DNA of 20,000 bases. Origin: Chiloscyllium plagiosum. Lineage: Eukaryota. The stretch spans positions 64,773,803-64,793,802 of the forward strand of contig NC_057718.1 in the NCBI RefSeq assembly GCF_004010195.1. The letters are read 5' to 3'. A program made the position numbers and the translations under genes. This document shows, one piece after another, positions 8,481 to 18,639 of this stretch. How positions within the stretch are numbered: the stretch's first letter is position 1; every line of letters begins with the position of its first letter. The notes beneath the pieces are model-generated. The model worked only from the letters and a program-made list of their open reading frames with translations, was not told where the DNA came from and searched no databases.

Positions 8481-9159
8481 TAACACCCAGTTCTTATCTG
8501 TCAACCGGTATTCCCTGACTGGGGCTGTTAATCTGGTCCAGTCAGGGAACTCACATTCTATGAGGTTCACCTAGCTGGCCATGTTACAATCACTACTCTA
8601 CTGTGTAGACTGCTTTACAAAGTATGACTACCAGTAATTCTGCTGTTCTGAAACTGTGGGCGTAATTTTCTCTGAAGTGGCAATAGTGAGAGAGTTGGGA
8701 AGATATGGTGAGAGAAAAAAAATTGGAATCTCAACATTGAAAAAAACCCCTCAATTTCTGCTTAAGTTTTAAATAGTGACTTCAGAATCTTGCCATTAAG
8801 CAGCAATGACTTTATTTCTGTGCATTTGCATCTCATGATTGACCCAAATCATCTGTTTCATAGACTGCTTCCAATTTCCTCTCCTTCCCTGAGAACCTAA
8901 ATGAAACAAATATCTGACATGAAATGCAGAGTACTGAAGGCTTGCCCCTTCAATCCCTTTTCCTCGATTGGTCTTCACTGCTGTTACATTCAATAAAGCC
9001 AATTAATGTTCACTCACGAGTGTAGATCTGATCTTACTCCATTCATTGCCTGGGACATTTTGCTAGGTTAAAAATACTATTTTTGGCAAGTTGTTTTTGT
9101 TATAAACTGAATACTCCTGTCTGTAACAACCATAGCTGATGCTTTATCATAAGCTACCA

Positions 9160-9291
9160 TTCATTCCTGAAGAAGGGTTTATGCCCGAAATGTCGATTCT
9201 CCTGTTCCTTTGATGCTGCCTGACCTGCTGCGCTCTTCCAGCAACACATTTTTAAGATCTGATCTCCAGCACCTGCAGTCCTCACTTTCTC
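9160..9291 (+). mobile_element. Short Penelope-derived element with hammerhead-like core and ~12-bp TSD
   Basis: CTGAAGA-AGGGTTTATGCCC-GAAA-TGTC at 9167-9194. Flanks are CATAAGCTACCA (9148-9159) and CATAAGCTCCCA (9292-9303). Homologous to 19251-19426. Confidence 0.8.
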
Positions 9292-9921
9292 CATAAGCTC
9301 CCAGTGCCTATCAGAGTAATTATCAACAATTATTTAAACTGCATGTGTTGGGATTTAATTTGTGACTACATATTGAACATACTTATTCTCAAATGAGCAA
9401 ACCTGCAGCAGGTTACGGTCATTATTGATTTAGGTCACAAACTGTCTCTAGGATTGTTAATAATTAATCTATGCCAGTGGTCAGTTTATGCATTCTGTGT
9501 ACTAGAAGTAAAGCCAATCATTTATTCTTTGTAGTAATTCATTCAAAAAGAAATTGAAATGAAAATAATACTTACATTTCAAAATGTAACAGAAACCTAT
9601 GTAGCTCATCCTTTTGAAGACATGTTTTGAACTTGAACAAGCAGGGTGATAATGAATATATAATGATATTTTGTCCATCTTCTGAAGCATGCTCCAACAA
9701 ATAAAATTAGATTGCTCACCCTCACCCACACTACTTCATATCATCACTTTTCAGTTCTGTGTGATGCAGACTTTTTTAAGTCAAGTGATTTTTACTGTGA
9801 GGAAAAGCAAAGAGCAAAACCCAAGCCATCACACTTATTATAAAATAAAATGCTGCCAGATACTTAATGATGGAAGTATTAAACAGCAAGCATGGATTGG
9901 GAGAAAAGTACATAGATGTGA

Positions 9922-10085
9922 CAACATAAACAACAAATTATATTTTTATGGCACATTTACCATGATAAAACATCCCCATGTACTTCACAAGACCATTATA
10001 AAACAGAATATAAAACTGAACCATATGAAGGGATATTTAATCAAAAGATAAGAATTTGGTCAAAGCGGTAGGTTTTAAGGTATGG
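9922..10085 (-). mobile_element. Old L2-type LINE 3' end
   Basis: ACAACAAATTATATTTTTATGGCACATTTAC...TACTTCACAAG...TTGGTCAAAGCGGTAGGTTTTAAGG resembles the reverse-complemented L2 3' tail as I recall it. Confidence 0.6.
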
Positions 10086-10254
10086 AAATAAATAAACAGT
10101 GGGAAACATTTAGTGAACCAATTAAAATATTCAACAATAACTATCTATGCTTAGCACATTTGCTCCTTGTCTCTCTGACATCAGTGTCCACCCTTGGACA
10201 CAACCTAATCACGAAGAATCATTTCTTTTGACTTTTCACTCTGGCTTGAGCTTT

Positions 10255-10530
10255 TTAAAATTTATTACGGGGTGTGAACATTGTCGGTGAGGCTTGAATT
10301 TGTAGCCTGCGATCATCCTTGAGAGAGTAATGGAGCTGCTTTTTTGAACTGCTGTAATGCTGGGATGCTGGGGGCTGTTGGGTGGGTAGGGGGCTGGGTG
10401 GGTGTAGATACATCCACAGTGTTGCTCAGGATGGAGTTCCAAGAGTTTGACTTAGATTTGACTTAGTGGCAATAAGAGAACTGCAACATCCATCCAAGCC
10501 AGAATGGTGCAAAACTTGGATAGGAACTGC
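10255..10530 (-). mobile_element. Highly decayed LINE 3' fragment (L2/CR1-group)
   Basis: CCTTGAGAGAGTAATGGAGCTGCTTTTTTGAACTGCTG...GGAGTTCCAAGAGTTTGAC pattern. Appears related in opposite orientation to 16635-16710. Confidence 0.45.
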
Positions 10531-11094
10531 TGATTTATGCTGAAATTAGTTCTACTCAGGATATTGCCACTGAAGGACAGCATGGTGTTCAAGGATTTCT
10601 CTGAGTATTCACTAAGAAGGGAATGATTTAAACTCACCACTTCAGATTTATCCAGCGATTCATATTAAAAAAAACACCCTTGTCAGAGACTCTGTTTTGT
10701 CACCTATCTTCTTTCTGTTGTACTATTAAAATATGAACTTACTGTTATGTGTTGCATCTCCAGTTATAGTTCTTTACAGTCCTCCTTCTATCTTTTGATC
10801 TGAATGCCTGTCAGTTATAGGCAATAATGACTCCCTATTGTAATTTCACCTCTTTGGGTTAATGATATTGCAGGGAACCTAGATGTCATATAAAATACTT
10901 TTTAAACTACCCAAATACGTACTAACTGAAATTTAAAATAGCTTGTTTATCTATGCACCAGTGCTAGGGCAGTGACCTAGAGAGAGAAATCATAGGTCTG
11001 GGTGCTTCTTCTGTTTTGAGATCCCTTATCACCCAGACCCTTTGAACTCTCAACAGACTCTATCAAACTTCTTCTCTTTGGGTCCTGTAAAATA

Positions 11095-11620
11095 GCATAG
11101 TGACATATAGAAAGAGGCCATTTAGCCTGCACCCATTCTTTCAAAGAGAAATCCAGTCAGACATAATAAAACCACCCAGGCCGCCACAATCAATCCGCTC
11201 TGTTCCCATATTTTGTTTTCTTCCCAGGTACTCACTAAATTCAAACACTAATTTGAAGGTGCATCCATCACAATATCAAGGTGGGAGATCATTCCGAATC
11301 CTAGAATCCTAACCATTCATTATGTCAGTTTTTCTTCATGTGGCTGTTGTTTCTTTTGCTAATCGATTTAAATGAAGTTAACTCTGAGTCATCAGTTTAT
11401 TGAACCTTCAACAGTTAGAAACAGTTTCTAATTGTTCTCTAAACCTTTCGTAAAATCATCACATTTCTTAAATCCCTTTGGGCTTCTTAGTTCTCAGGAG
11501 AAAAAAAACCCAGTTTTCTGATAATCCCTCATCCTGAGAGCCAGTTTTTGGAAACCAATAAGATTGATCTGTTTAACACTGATTCAGCAAAACCTCTTCA
11601 CATTTTCACTTTCTACATCT
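11095..11620 (-). mobile_element. Old CR1-clade LINE 3' fragment
   Basis: Tail motif AGAAAGAGGCCATTTAGCC, then CATTCC...ATCCTAACCA, GAAACAGTTTC and TTCTCAGGAGAAAAAAAACCCAG in the expected order for a reverse-complemented CR1 end. Confidence 0.5.
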
Positions 11621-11950
11621 ATATATAAGACCTATCAAAAGAACAAGTTTTAGTCTGTTACGGTTTAAAAATACAGACAACAAATCACAACCTGAACATT
11701 CATTTTATGTTAACATTGCTATTCCTTGAACCTGGTTCTCTGTAGTATCCAGCCAGCAAAACCCAACCAGGTTAGAATCTGACTAGCATCATAAACAATA
11801 ATTTCCTGTACAAATGCAAAGATTTTGAATTGTTGAATATTTTCTATATGGACCTATTCTACTGGCACATGACTTCTGATTTCACTTCCAAACTTAAAAT
11901 TGGCAAATCCTTCCAGTACATTAACACCAATTAATTTACCTGCAATAAAA

Positions 11951-12210
11951 TCAAGAGTTATAGGGTTGTACACCACAAAAACAGACCCTTTGGTCCAATT
12001 TTCCCATGCCAATCAGATATGCAAAATTAATCAAGTCTCATTTACAACACATTTGGTCCATATCCCTCTCAGCCTTTCCTATTCATGTACCCATCCAGAT
12101 GCCTTTTAAATGTTGTAATTGTACCAGCCTCCTCCACCTCCTCTGGCAGCTCATTCGATACATGCACCACCTTTTGCGTGAAAAAGTTGTCCCTTAAGTC
12201 CCTTTTAAAT
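11951..12210 (-). mobile_element. CR1/HER1-type LINE 3' end
   Basis: Reverse complement aligns by eye with 8000-8250 (AAACAGACCCTTTGGTCCAA; GTACCAGCCTCCTCCACCTCCTCTGGCAGCTCATTC; GTGAAAAAGTTG). Confidence 0.9.
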
Positions 12211-12929
12211 ATAAAAATGAAAAGAAAATCTCTTTAAGATATGGGTGTTTTCCCTTAACTTAAAAAAAATTAAGTCTAGAAGTTTCTAACAGACTTTAAA
12301 GCATAATTGGTTATCCTGTTAAGCAGTAAAACATCCTGAGGTAAACAAAAAACCATTGTTCTGCCAAAACAACCCTCATAAACTGTTTTAAAAGAAATCA
12401 TCTTGGTTACTGACATATTGAAAAGTTATTAACACTAGACATAACAAAACCCCAAAGTTACTCACCACAAAGCCAAACTCAAAATTTACAATAATTTATA
12501 TATGTAAATTGGACAGCTTATACATCATAGCATGAAGAAGAATTATGGTTATTTGATATGTCTTTCAATGTGCAGAGGTATGTAATTAAAAAGTCAGAAG
12601 AGGGAAGAAGCCTGGGAAAAGCAAAGTTTCACATATCAATTACCGTTACCAGTAGGCAGTGAATTACACATATGAAGGGCTGAGGGCAGAATTAATTTGT
12701 GACAGAATAATTGTCAGAGTTTCAGATGGGAAACTTATTGGCCCTTTTCTAAAAAAATGATTTGATATCAGAGAAAGCTTCCAACTTTGGCAGCAGTACA
12801 GGGTGTTTGCTCAGGGGCAAGATTTTGGATAAACTGGTCTGGTGTGTGGGTGTTGGGGTAAGGATGTTAAAGAAGGCTCCTCAAACCCTAAAATTGTTGA
12901 ACTCGATATTCATTCCAGAAGGCTGTAGT

Positions 12930-13602
12930 CATTGGGAGTGAAGGAGGAGTGTACCAGAGTGTCTCAGAGAGAATAGTCCTTGCGGGAAGCTGACGAGGGA
13001 GGGGGGAGGATTATGTGTATCAATATGCATCCCACTGGAGGTGACAGAAATGGCTGGTAAGAATCCTCCAAATATGCAAGGTGAGGACAAGGAGGATGCT
13101 GTTGTGCGAGGAAAGAGAAGGGTTGGGGGCTGAAGTGTGGAAGATGGATTGGATCTGTCTAAGGGTCCTGTCATGTATGGTGCTGGGAAATCCTCCATTG
13201 AGGAAGAAGGTGGACATTTCAAAGATGTGCAGGTTAGGTAGGTTGGCTATGCTAAATTGCCCATACTGTTCAAGAACATGCAGGCTAGGTGGGTTAGCCA
13301 TAGGAAATATAGGGTAGGGGGTGGGCTTAGGTAGGATGCTTTTTGGAGGGTCAGTGCGGGTAAGTTGAGCTGAATGGTCTGTTTCCACAGTTTTGGGATT
13401 CTATGGTGATTTCGGAGGCTGCCTTGTTGAAGTTGGCATAATCAAAACAGATGCGGAGGAATGGGGAAAAAGCAATGGATAGAGTCTTTACAGGAAGCAG
13501 GATGTGAGGTATAGTCAAGGTATATATAGTCAAGGTAACTGCAGGGGTCAGTTCGTTTATAGTGGATGTTGGTGGCCAGTCTATCCCCAGAAATAGAAAC
13601 AC
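12930..13602 (-). mobile_element. Penelope-like element (Neptune-like), RT C-terminal/thumb-linker fragment, interrupted by a SINE
   Basis: Minus-strand peptides VSISGDRLATNIHYKRTDPCSYLDY..SHPASCKDSI, FLRICFDYANFNKAASE and EMSTFFLNGGFPST are typical of Penelope-like RT (YxKPTD..YL...S.HP; R..RIC; F..RGYP). Confidence 0.85.
13221..13409 (+). mobile_element. 5'-truncated HE1-type SINE nested in the Penelope-like RT
   Basis: AAAGATGTGCAGGTTAGG...GCTAAATTGCCC...CTGTTTCCACA...GGGATTCTATG, similar to 15361-15500. ATTTC occurs at both flanks (13216-13220, 13410-13414), and the AASE|MSTFF reading resumes across it. Confidence 0.85.
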
Positions 13603-14270
13603 ATTGATATAAGTTTGCTCGCTGAGCTGGAAGGTTCGTTTTCAGACGTTTCATCACCATATTAGGTAACATCATCAGTGAGTCTCCAGTGAAGCACTGG
13701 TGTTATGACCAGCTTTCTATTTATGTGGTTAGGTTTCCTTGAGTTGGTGATGTCATTTATTGTGGTGATGATGTCATTTCCTCTTTTTTTTCTCAGAGAG
13801 TGAAAAATAGGGCTCAAGTTGATGTGTTTGTTGATAGAGTTCTGCTTGGAATGCAGTGCTTCTAGGAATTCTCGTGTGTCTGTCTTTTTGGGTTGTCCTA
13901 GGGTAGATATGTTATCCCAGTTGAAGTGGTATCCTTCTTCATCCGTATGTAAGAATACTAGTAAGAGTGCGTCATGTCTTTCTGTGGCGAGTTGATGTTC
14001 ATGTATCCTGGTGGCTAAATTTCTGCCTAAATGCAGTGGCTAAATGCAGCGTTTGTTACAGTTCTTGCAAGATATTTTGTAAATGACGTTTGTTTTGCTC
14101 GTTATCTGTATAGGGTCTTTTAAGTTCATTAGCTGCTGTTTTAGTGTGTCAGTGGGTTTGTGGGCTACCATGATGCCAAGAGGTCTGAGTAGTCTGGCAG
14201 TCATGTCTGAGATGTCTCTGATGTAGGGAGAGTGGCGAAGGTTTCTGGATGCATTTTGTATGCTTGTTTG
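13603..14270 (-). mobile_element. Penelope-like element (Penelope/Poseidon-like), GIY-YIG endonuclease region plus 3' UTR
   Basis: Manual minus-strand translation: PYIRDISDMTARLLRPLGIMVAHKPTDTLKQQLMNLKDP...NVIYKISCKNCNK...GRNLATRIHEHQLATERHD...HFNWDN...REFLEALHS...SINKHI. The YIG motif is disrupted by a local duplication at ~14027-14050. Confidence 0.88.
13642..13681 (-). ncRNA. Minimal type-I hammerhead ribozyme motif in Penelope 3' UTR
   Basis: Minus strand: TCA-CTGATGA-TGTTACC-TAATAT-GGTGAT-GAAA-CGTC-TGA (stem I TCA/TGA, stem II GTTACC/GGTGAT, GUC cleavage triplet). Confidence 0.7.
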
Positions 14271-14427
14271 GACAACAAGTCTATCCTAGGACAAATATCA
14301 ATCATTAGCATTTTACAGATTTTCTAATAGTCTGTGTTATTATAATAAAACTTTAAGAGCTAAACCAAATGTCTGTAAATAACTTTAAAATGATGAAGTA
14401 GTTCATTGTTTCAATTTCTTCCAGTCA

Positions 14428-16095
14428 GCATATGTTAAGTATAGACAGCAGAGATCGAATGAATCCCTAAAAGAGTATCAAATCAGTAGAAGTATAGTTA
14501 CAATGGAAATCAGGAGGGCAAAAAGGGGATATGAGATAGTTTTGGCAAATAGCATTAAAGAGAATCCAAATGGATTCTACAAATACATTAAGGCCAAAAA
14601 AGTAACGAGGGAGAGAATATGGCCCTTATAGATCAGCAAGGCCACTTATGTGTGGAACTACAGGGGATGGGGGAGATACTACAATAATATTTTGCATCAG
14701 TGTTGACTATGGAGGAGGATATGGAAGCTATAGAACATGGGAAAATAGTGCATTTTTGAATAACAAAGAGGATTGATGAGGGCAGAGCAGTGGACGTGAT
14801 CTATATAACTTCAGTAAGGCGTTCGACAAGGTTCCCATGGTAGACTGGTTAGCAAGGTTAGATCAAATGGAATACAGGGAAATCTAAATATTTGGATACA
14901 GAACTGGCTTGAGATAGAAGATGTAGGGTAATGGTTTAATTTAGCAAAATGTGAGGTGCAAAATTTTGGAAAGGCAAATCAGGGCAGGACTTATATACTT
15001 AATCGTAAGCTCCTGGGATATGTTGCTGAACAAAGCAACCTTGGAGTACAGGTTCATAGTCCCTTGAAAGTGGTGTCACAAGTAGATAGGATACTGAAGA
15101 AGGTGTTTGGTATGGTTACCTTTATTGGTAAGTGCATTGAGTATAGGAGTTGGGAGGTCAGTTGGGCAGCACGGTGGCACAGTGGTTAGCACTGCTGCCT
15201 CACAGCGCCTCACGGTGGCACAGTGGTTAGCACTGCTGCCTCACAGCGCCTTAGACCCGGGTTCAATTCCCGCCTCAGGCGACTGACTGTGTGGAGTTTG
15301 CACATTCTCCCCGTGTCTGCGTGGGTTTCCTCCGGGTGTTCCGGTTTCCTCCCACAGTCCAAAAGATGTGCAGGGTCAGGTGAATTGGCCATGCTAAATT
15401 GCCCCTAGTGTTAGGTAGGGGTAAATGTAGGGGTATGGGTGGGTTTCGCTTGGGCGGGTCGGTGTGGACTTGTTGGGCCGAAGGGCCTGTTTCCACACTG
15501 TAATCTAATCTAATCTAATCATGTTGCAGCTGGACAGGACATTGATCAGGCCATGTTTGGAATATTACATTCAGTTTTTGTCTCCCCACTATAGGAAAGA
15601 TGTTGTTAAACTTGAAAGTGTTCAGAAAAGATTTACAAGGATGTTAGGGGACTTGAGCTATAGGGAGAAACTGAATAGACTGGGGCTATTTTCGCTGGAA
15701 TGTCAGAGGTTTAGGGGCAACCTTACAGAGGTTTATAAAATCATAAGGGGCATGGATAGGGGAAATAGATACTCCCAATCTGGGGTGGGGGAATCCAAAA
15801 CTAGAGAGTCGAAGTTTAAGGTGAGAGGGGAAAGATTTTAAAGAGATTTAAGGGGCAACATTTTTACAGCGACAGTGGTGAGCGCATGGAATGAGCTGTC
15901 TGAGGAAGTGGTGGAAGCTGGTACAGTTACAACATTTAAGAGGCACCTGGATGGATATATGAATAGGAAGAGTTTAGAGGGTTATGAGCTAAGTGCTGGC
16001 AAATGAGACTAGATTAATTTAGGATACCTGCCTGGCCTGGACGAGTTGGACCAAAAGATGTGTTTCCGTGTTGTACAGCTCGATGACTCTGACCC
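14428..16095 (+). mobile_element. CR1/HER1-type LINE ORF2 remnant with large internal deletions and a nested SINE
   Basis: EIRRAKRGYE...IKENPNGFYKYIK, FSKAFDKVP, NLGVQVHSPLK, LEYYIQFLSPHYRKDVVKLESVQKRFTRM. The 3' UTR matches 8050-8250. Confidence 0.92.
15164..15520 (+). mobile_element. Young HE1-type tRNA-derived V-SINE with duplicated 5' head
   Basis: A-box GGTGGCACAGTGG (twice), B-box GGGTTCAATTCC, V-domain TGTGTGGAGTTTGCACATTCTCCCCGTGTCTGCGTGGGTTTCCTCCGG, CR1-like tail plus (TAATC)4. TSD-like TCAGTTG / TCATGTTG. CpGs are largely retained. Confidence 0.95.
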
Positions 16096-16634
16096 TATGG
16101 CTCTATTACATTTGCCTGGAAATTCAAGCTGATTGTTCGCCTCAGCAGTTTCAAACTGATCAATTGTTTTCAACGTTGATCCTCCAAAATACAGTACTGG
16201 GCTTTAAATAGTATTTTGTAGTTTTCTTGCTTGGGACGGTGGAGCTAAACTATACCGCCAAAGCCCAGGCAAATCCAGTTTTTTCATTTCTATGCATTGT
16301 TTCATTTGGTTCACTGCAGCATTGGTCTAAGGCAGTTGCTGCACTGCATCCCCTTCATCTGCATTGCTTAAGGGTTCTGTACACTATGGAGGAAGATATG
16401 GAAGCTATAGAACATGGGAACTGGCCATGAAGTAGGACTACACTGCTGGGGAAGAAACTCAGGAAGGTGGGATAATATGGGGAAACCAGTCTAATGTGCA
16501 TCTTTCTGATTTCGCAACTGCGCTTCACAACGTGAAAAACCTGATTGCTAGAGAATCGATAATCGATGGGTAATGAAGTGAATGTCAGAGCATTTGTGTT
16601 AACAGGGCTTTGAGGGCGTTTTCATTTCAGCACT

Positions 16635-16710
16635 TCAGCACTTTAGAAGTAGGCGCAGTATCACCTTCTCAAGGACAACTGGCGATGGAAAATAAATGCT
16701 GGTCTTGCAA
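16635..16710 (+). mobile_element. Short decayed LINE/SINE 3' tail
   Basis: CACCTTCTCAAGGACAACTGGCGATGGAAAATAAATGCTGGTCTTGC resembles a common elasmobranch L2/CR1-group tail (from memory). Confidence 0.45.
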
Positions 16711-17112
16711 AATTGTTTCACAAGCTACAGTATCATTCATCACAGTCAGTGAAACAAACAAAAATTACAAACCAAGGCTGCAGTTCAAATAAAAGGCTCA
16801 AAATTGCTGCAATGGCTCATTTCATAACAAATGACCTTAATTGAGCTTTTTTCACAAATTGTTGGCATGTCAAGAAATGATGTTACAGCTATGTCAATGT
16901 TACATCTGGGACAATGGAGAAATGTGCAATTATTTCTCCCCTTTGTTCCACACCTCGACTGATAGCAAAGAGATATATTTTTAAGAAGTAGTATTTTAAT
17001 CTCTTGGATGCTGTAACGTTTTAAACAATAACGAAGCAGACTTATTGGTGAGCTTCAATCAAAAGAAATGATGCATGCTTACTTTTGATAACACTCAAAA
17101 ATGTGCTTAACA

Positions 17113-17425
17113 AACATAGAATTCCTACCGCGTAGAAACAGGCCCTTTGACCCAACACCAAAACTCCGAAGAGTAACCCAACCAGACCCATTCCCCTACC
17201 CTATTACTCTACATTTACCCCGGACTAATTCACATATCCTACACATCCGTGAACACTACAGGCAATGTAGCATGGCCAATTCATGGCACATCTTTGGACT
17301 GTGGGAGAAAACTGGAGCACCTGGAAGAATTCCACACAGATAGAGGGAGAATGTGCAAACTCCACACAGACAGGGTCCCTGGAGCTGTGAGGCAGCAGTA
17401 CTGACCTTTGAGCCAGCATGTCACC
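17113..17425 (-). mobile_element. HE1-type V-SINE, older copy with the B-box region deleted
   Basis: Reverse complement of the 15164-15520 pattern: GGACTGTGGGAGAAAACTGGAGCACC, AGAATGTGCAAACTCCACACAG, GCTGTGAGGCAGCAGT. Confidence 0.9.
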
Positions 17426-18099
17426 TGTTTAAAAAGGCACACGTTCCAAAAAAAACAGTATTGTAACATGCACTTAATCACTTGAAAGTCAATATTATTC
17501 AATTTCTCAAAATGGCTGTCAGGCTTGAAAACTTTTTTTCAGTTCAGCAGGAAAAGATGAAGGTGAGTTTTCTGGTGATGAATTCACAGTGGTACTGCAT
17601 GCAATACCGGGTTTCTAGCTTTTCAGTTTTTAATTGAGCCTGAGTAGTAAAAAAAATTAATCTGTACTTAGAGGAAAACGAGCAACTGGGAACCATACTC
17701 TTTTCCCTTAAGGAGTTGCTTTGTTTCGACAATTTCCTAGTGATCTTCATGTACTATATTGATAACACATTCCCTCAATAATTGTGGAATGATGATACAT
17801 TTACTGTGTAAGGCAAGGTCCTTAATCTATAGTGCTTAAATCCCCAGCATACCATGACAACATCTGATCAGACATGTTGTGGCTCACTAACTGGTTGAAC
17901 TAATTCCCGTAAATCTTTGATTGCATCTTCAGGTATTTGCATCAATAATTGATAATAAAGTGTGACTTCTGACTTCTGACAAGAATGTTATCACTGATGT
18001 TCAGTGTGTCTTCAAGGTCTTGTGCAGAAATTACCAGAGGTGCTGAACAAACTGAGTGGAGAATACTGTAAGACCCCTTAATTCTTCAAGAACTTTCTT

Positions 18100-18547
18100 T
18101 ATACAAAGTAGGAGTAGGCCATTCAACCAATTAAGCCCACTCTGCAATGCAATGTGAGCATGGCTGACCCTATATCTGGCACCAAATGACCATCCTCTCT
18201 TCATTTGTTTTTACACTGCCTCTTGATCTGTTTCTTTCTTAAAATATTCAGTGGCTTGGCCTCCAAAACTCTCTGTGGTAGAGAATTCTTTAAGATTACC
18301 TGAGAAAAGAAATTTCTCCTCATTTCAGTCTCAAATGGCTAACCCTGTATCCTAAGACCATGAGCCCTCGTTCTGGTTGTCCCAGGCCAGGCAAAACATC
18401 ACCATCATTACATCATAACAGGCTATCCAGGCCTGTCAATATTATTTCTGTTTCAATGAGATCCCCTTGCACTCTTCTAAAATTCATTGAATACGTGCCC
18501 ATCAACCCAATATCGCCTCATATGACAAACCTGCCATCGCAGGAATT
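18100..18547 (-). mobile_element. CR1-clade LINE 3' fragment (old)
   Basis: GGAGTAGGCCATTC...CATGGCTGA...AAATTTCTCCTCATTTCAGTC...TTTCAATGAGATCCCC (GDLIET on minus). Related to 19728-20000 and 1600-2244. Confidence 0.8.
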
Positions 18548-18639
18548 TGATGATCAGTTGCATTGAGGTCAAGTCTAGTGAAGTGTTTAGCACAATTCAC
18601 TTTCTGTATAATATTGCCACATGTCTTTCTTGTTGCAAT

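Larger units (their letters stand above)
6713..8495 (-). repeat. Four copies of a 15-bp direct repeat (minus strand AAGAACTGGGTGTTA) separating A-tailed inserts
   Basis: Plus-strand copies: TAACACCCGGTTCTT 6713-6727, TAGCACCTAGTTCTT 6850-6864, TAACACCCAGTTCTT 7096-7110, TAACACCCAGTTCTT 8481-8495. The first three are followed by T-rich tracts (A-tails on minus). Confidence 0.9.
6596..8597 (-). mobile_element. Solo Gypsy-type LTR (~235 bp core: 8597-8481 plus 6712-6596) expanded by nested insertions
   Basis: Perfect 5-bp TSD CTACT at 6591-6595 and 8598-8602. On the minus strand it starts AGTAGTGATTGTAAC (decayed TG start), has GATAAGAAC at the TATA position and AATAAA near the end, and ends ...ATTATTTCA. 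Homologous to 6118-6251. Confidence 0.85.

Noticed and set aside
6713..8495. CRISPR array (direct repeats with intervening segments)
   Set aside because: The context is eukaryotic, there are no cas genes, the repeats are only 15 bp, and the segments are 120-300+ bp, A-tailed and partly homologous. TSDs explain this better.
6969..8574. Similar peptides (NLKSQFRSL..SNND.CTYKTVQLHK) as paralogous genes
   Set aside because: They are antisense translations of inserts A and A', with frames not conserved beyond a short stretch.
8796..10640. Short ORFs of 60-120 aa in AT-rich DNA
   Set aside because: No recognisable domains, partial overlap with LINE remnants, and lengths consistent with chance.
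15164..15275. tRNA gene
   Set aside because: The A/B boxes are the head of an HE1-type SINE and continue into the V-domain and CR1-like tail.
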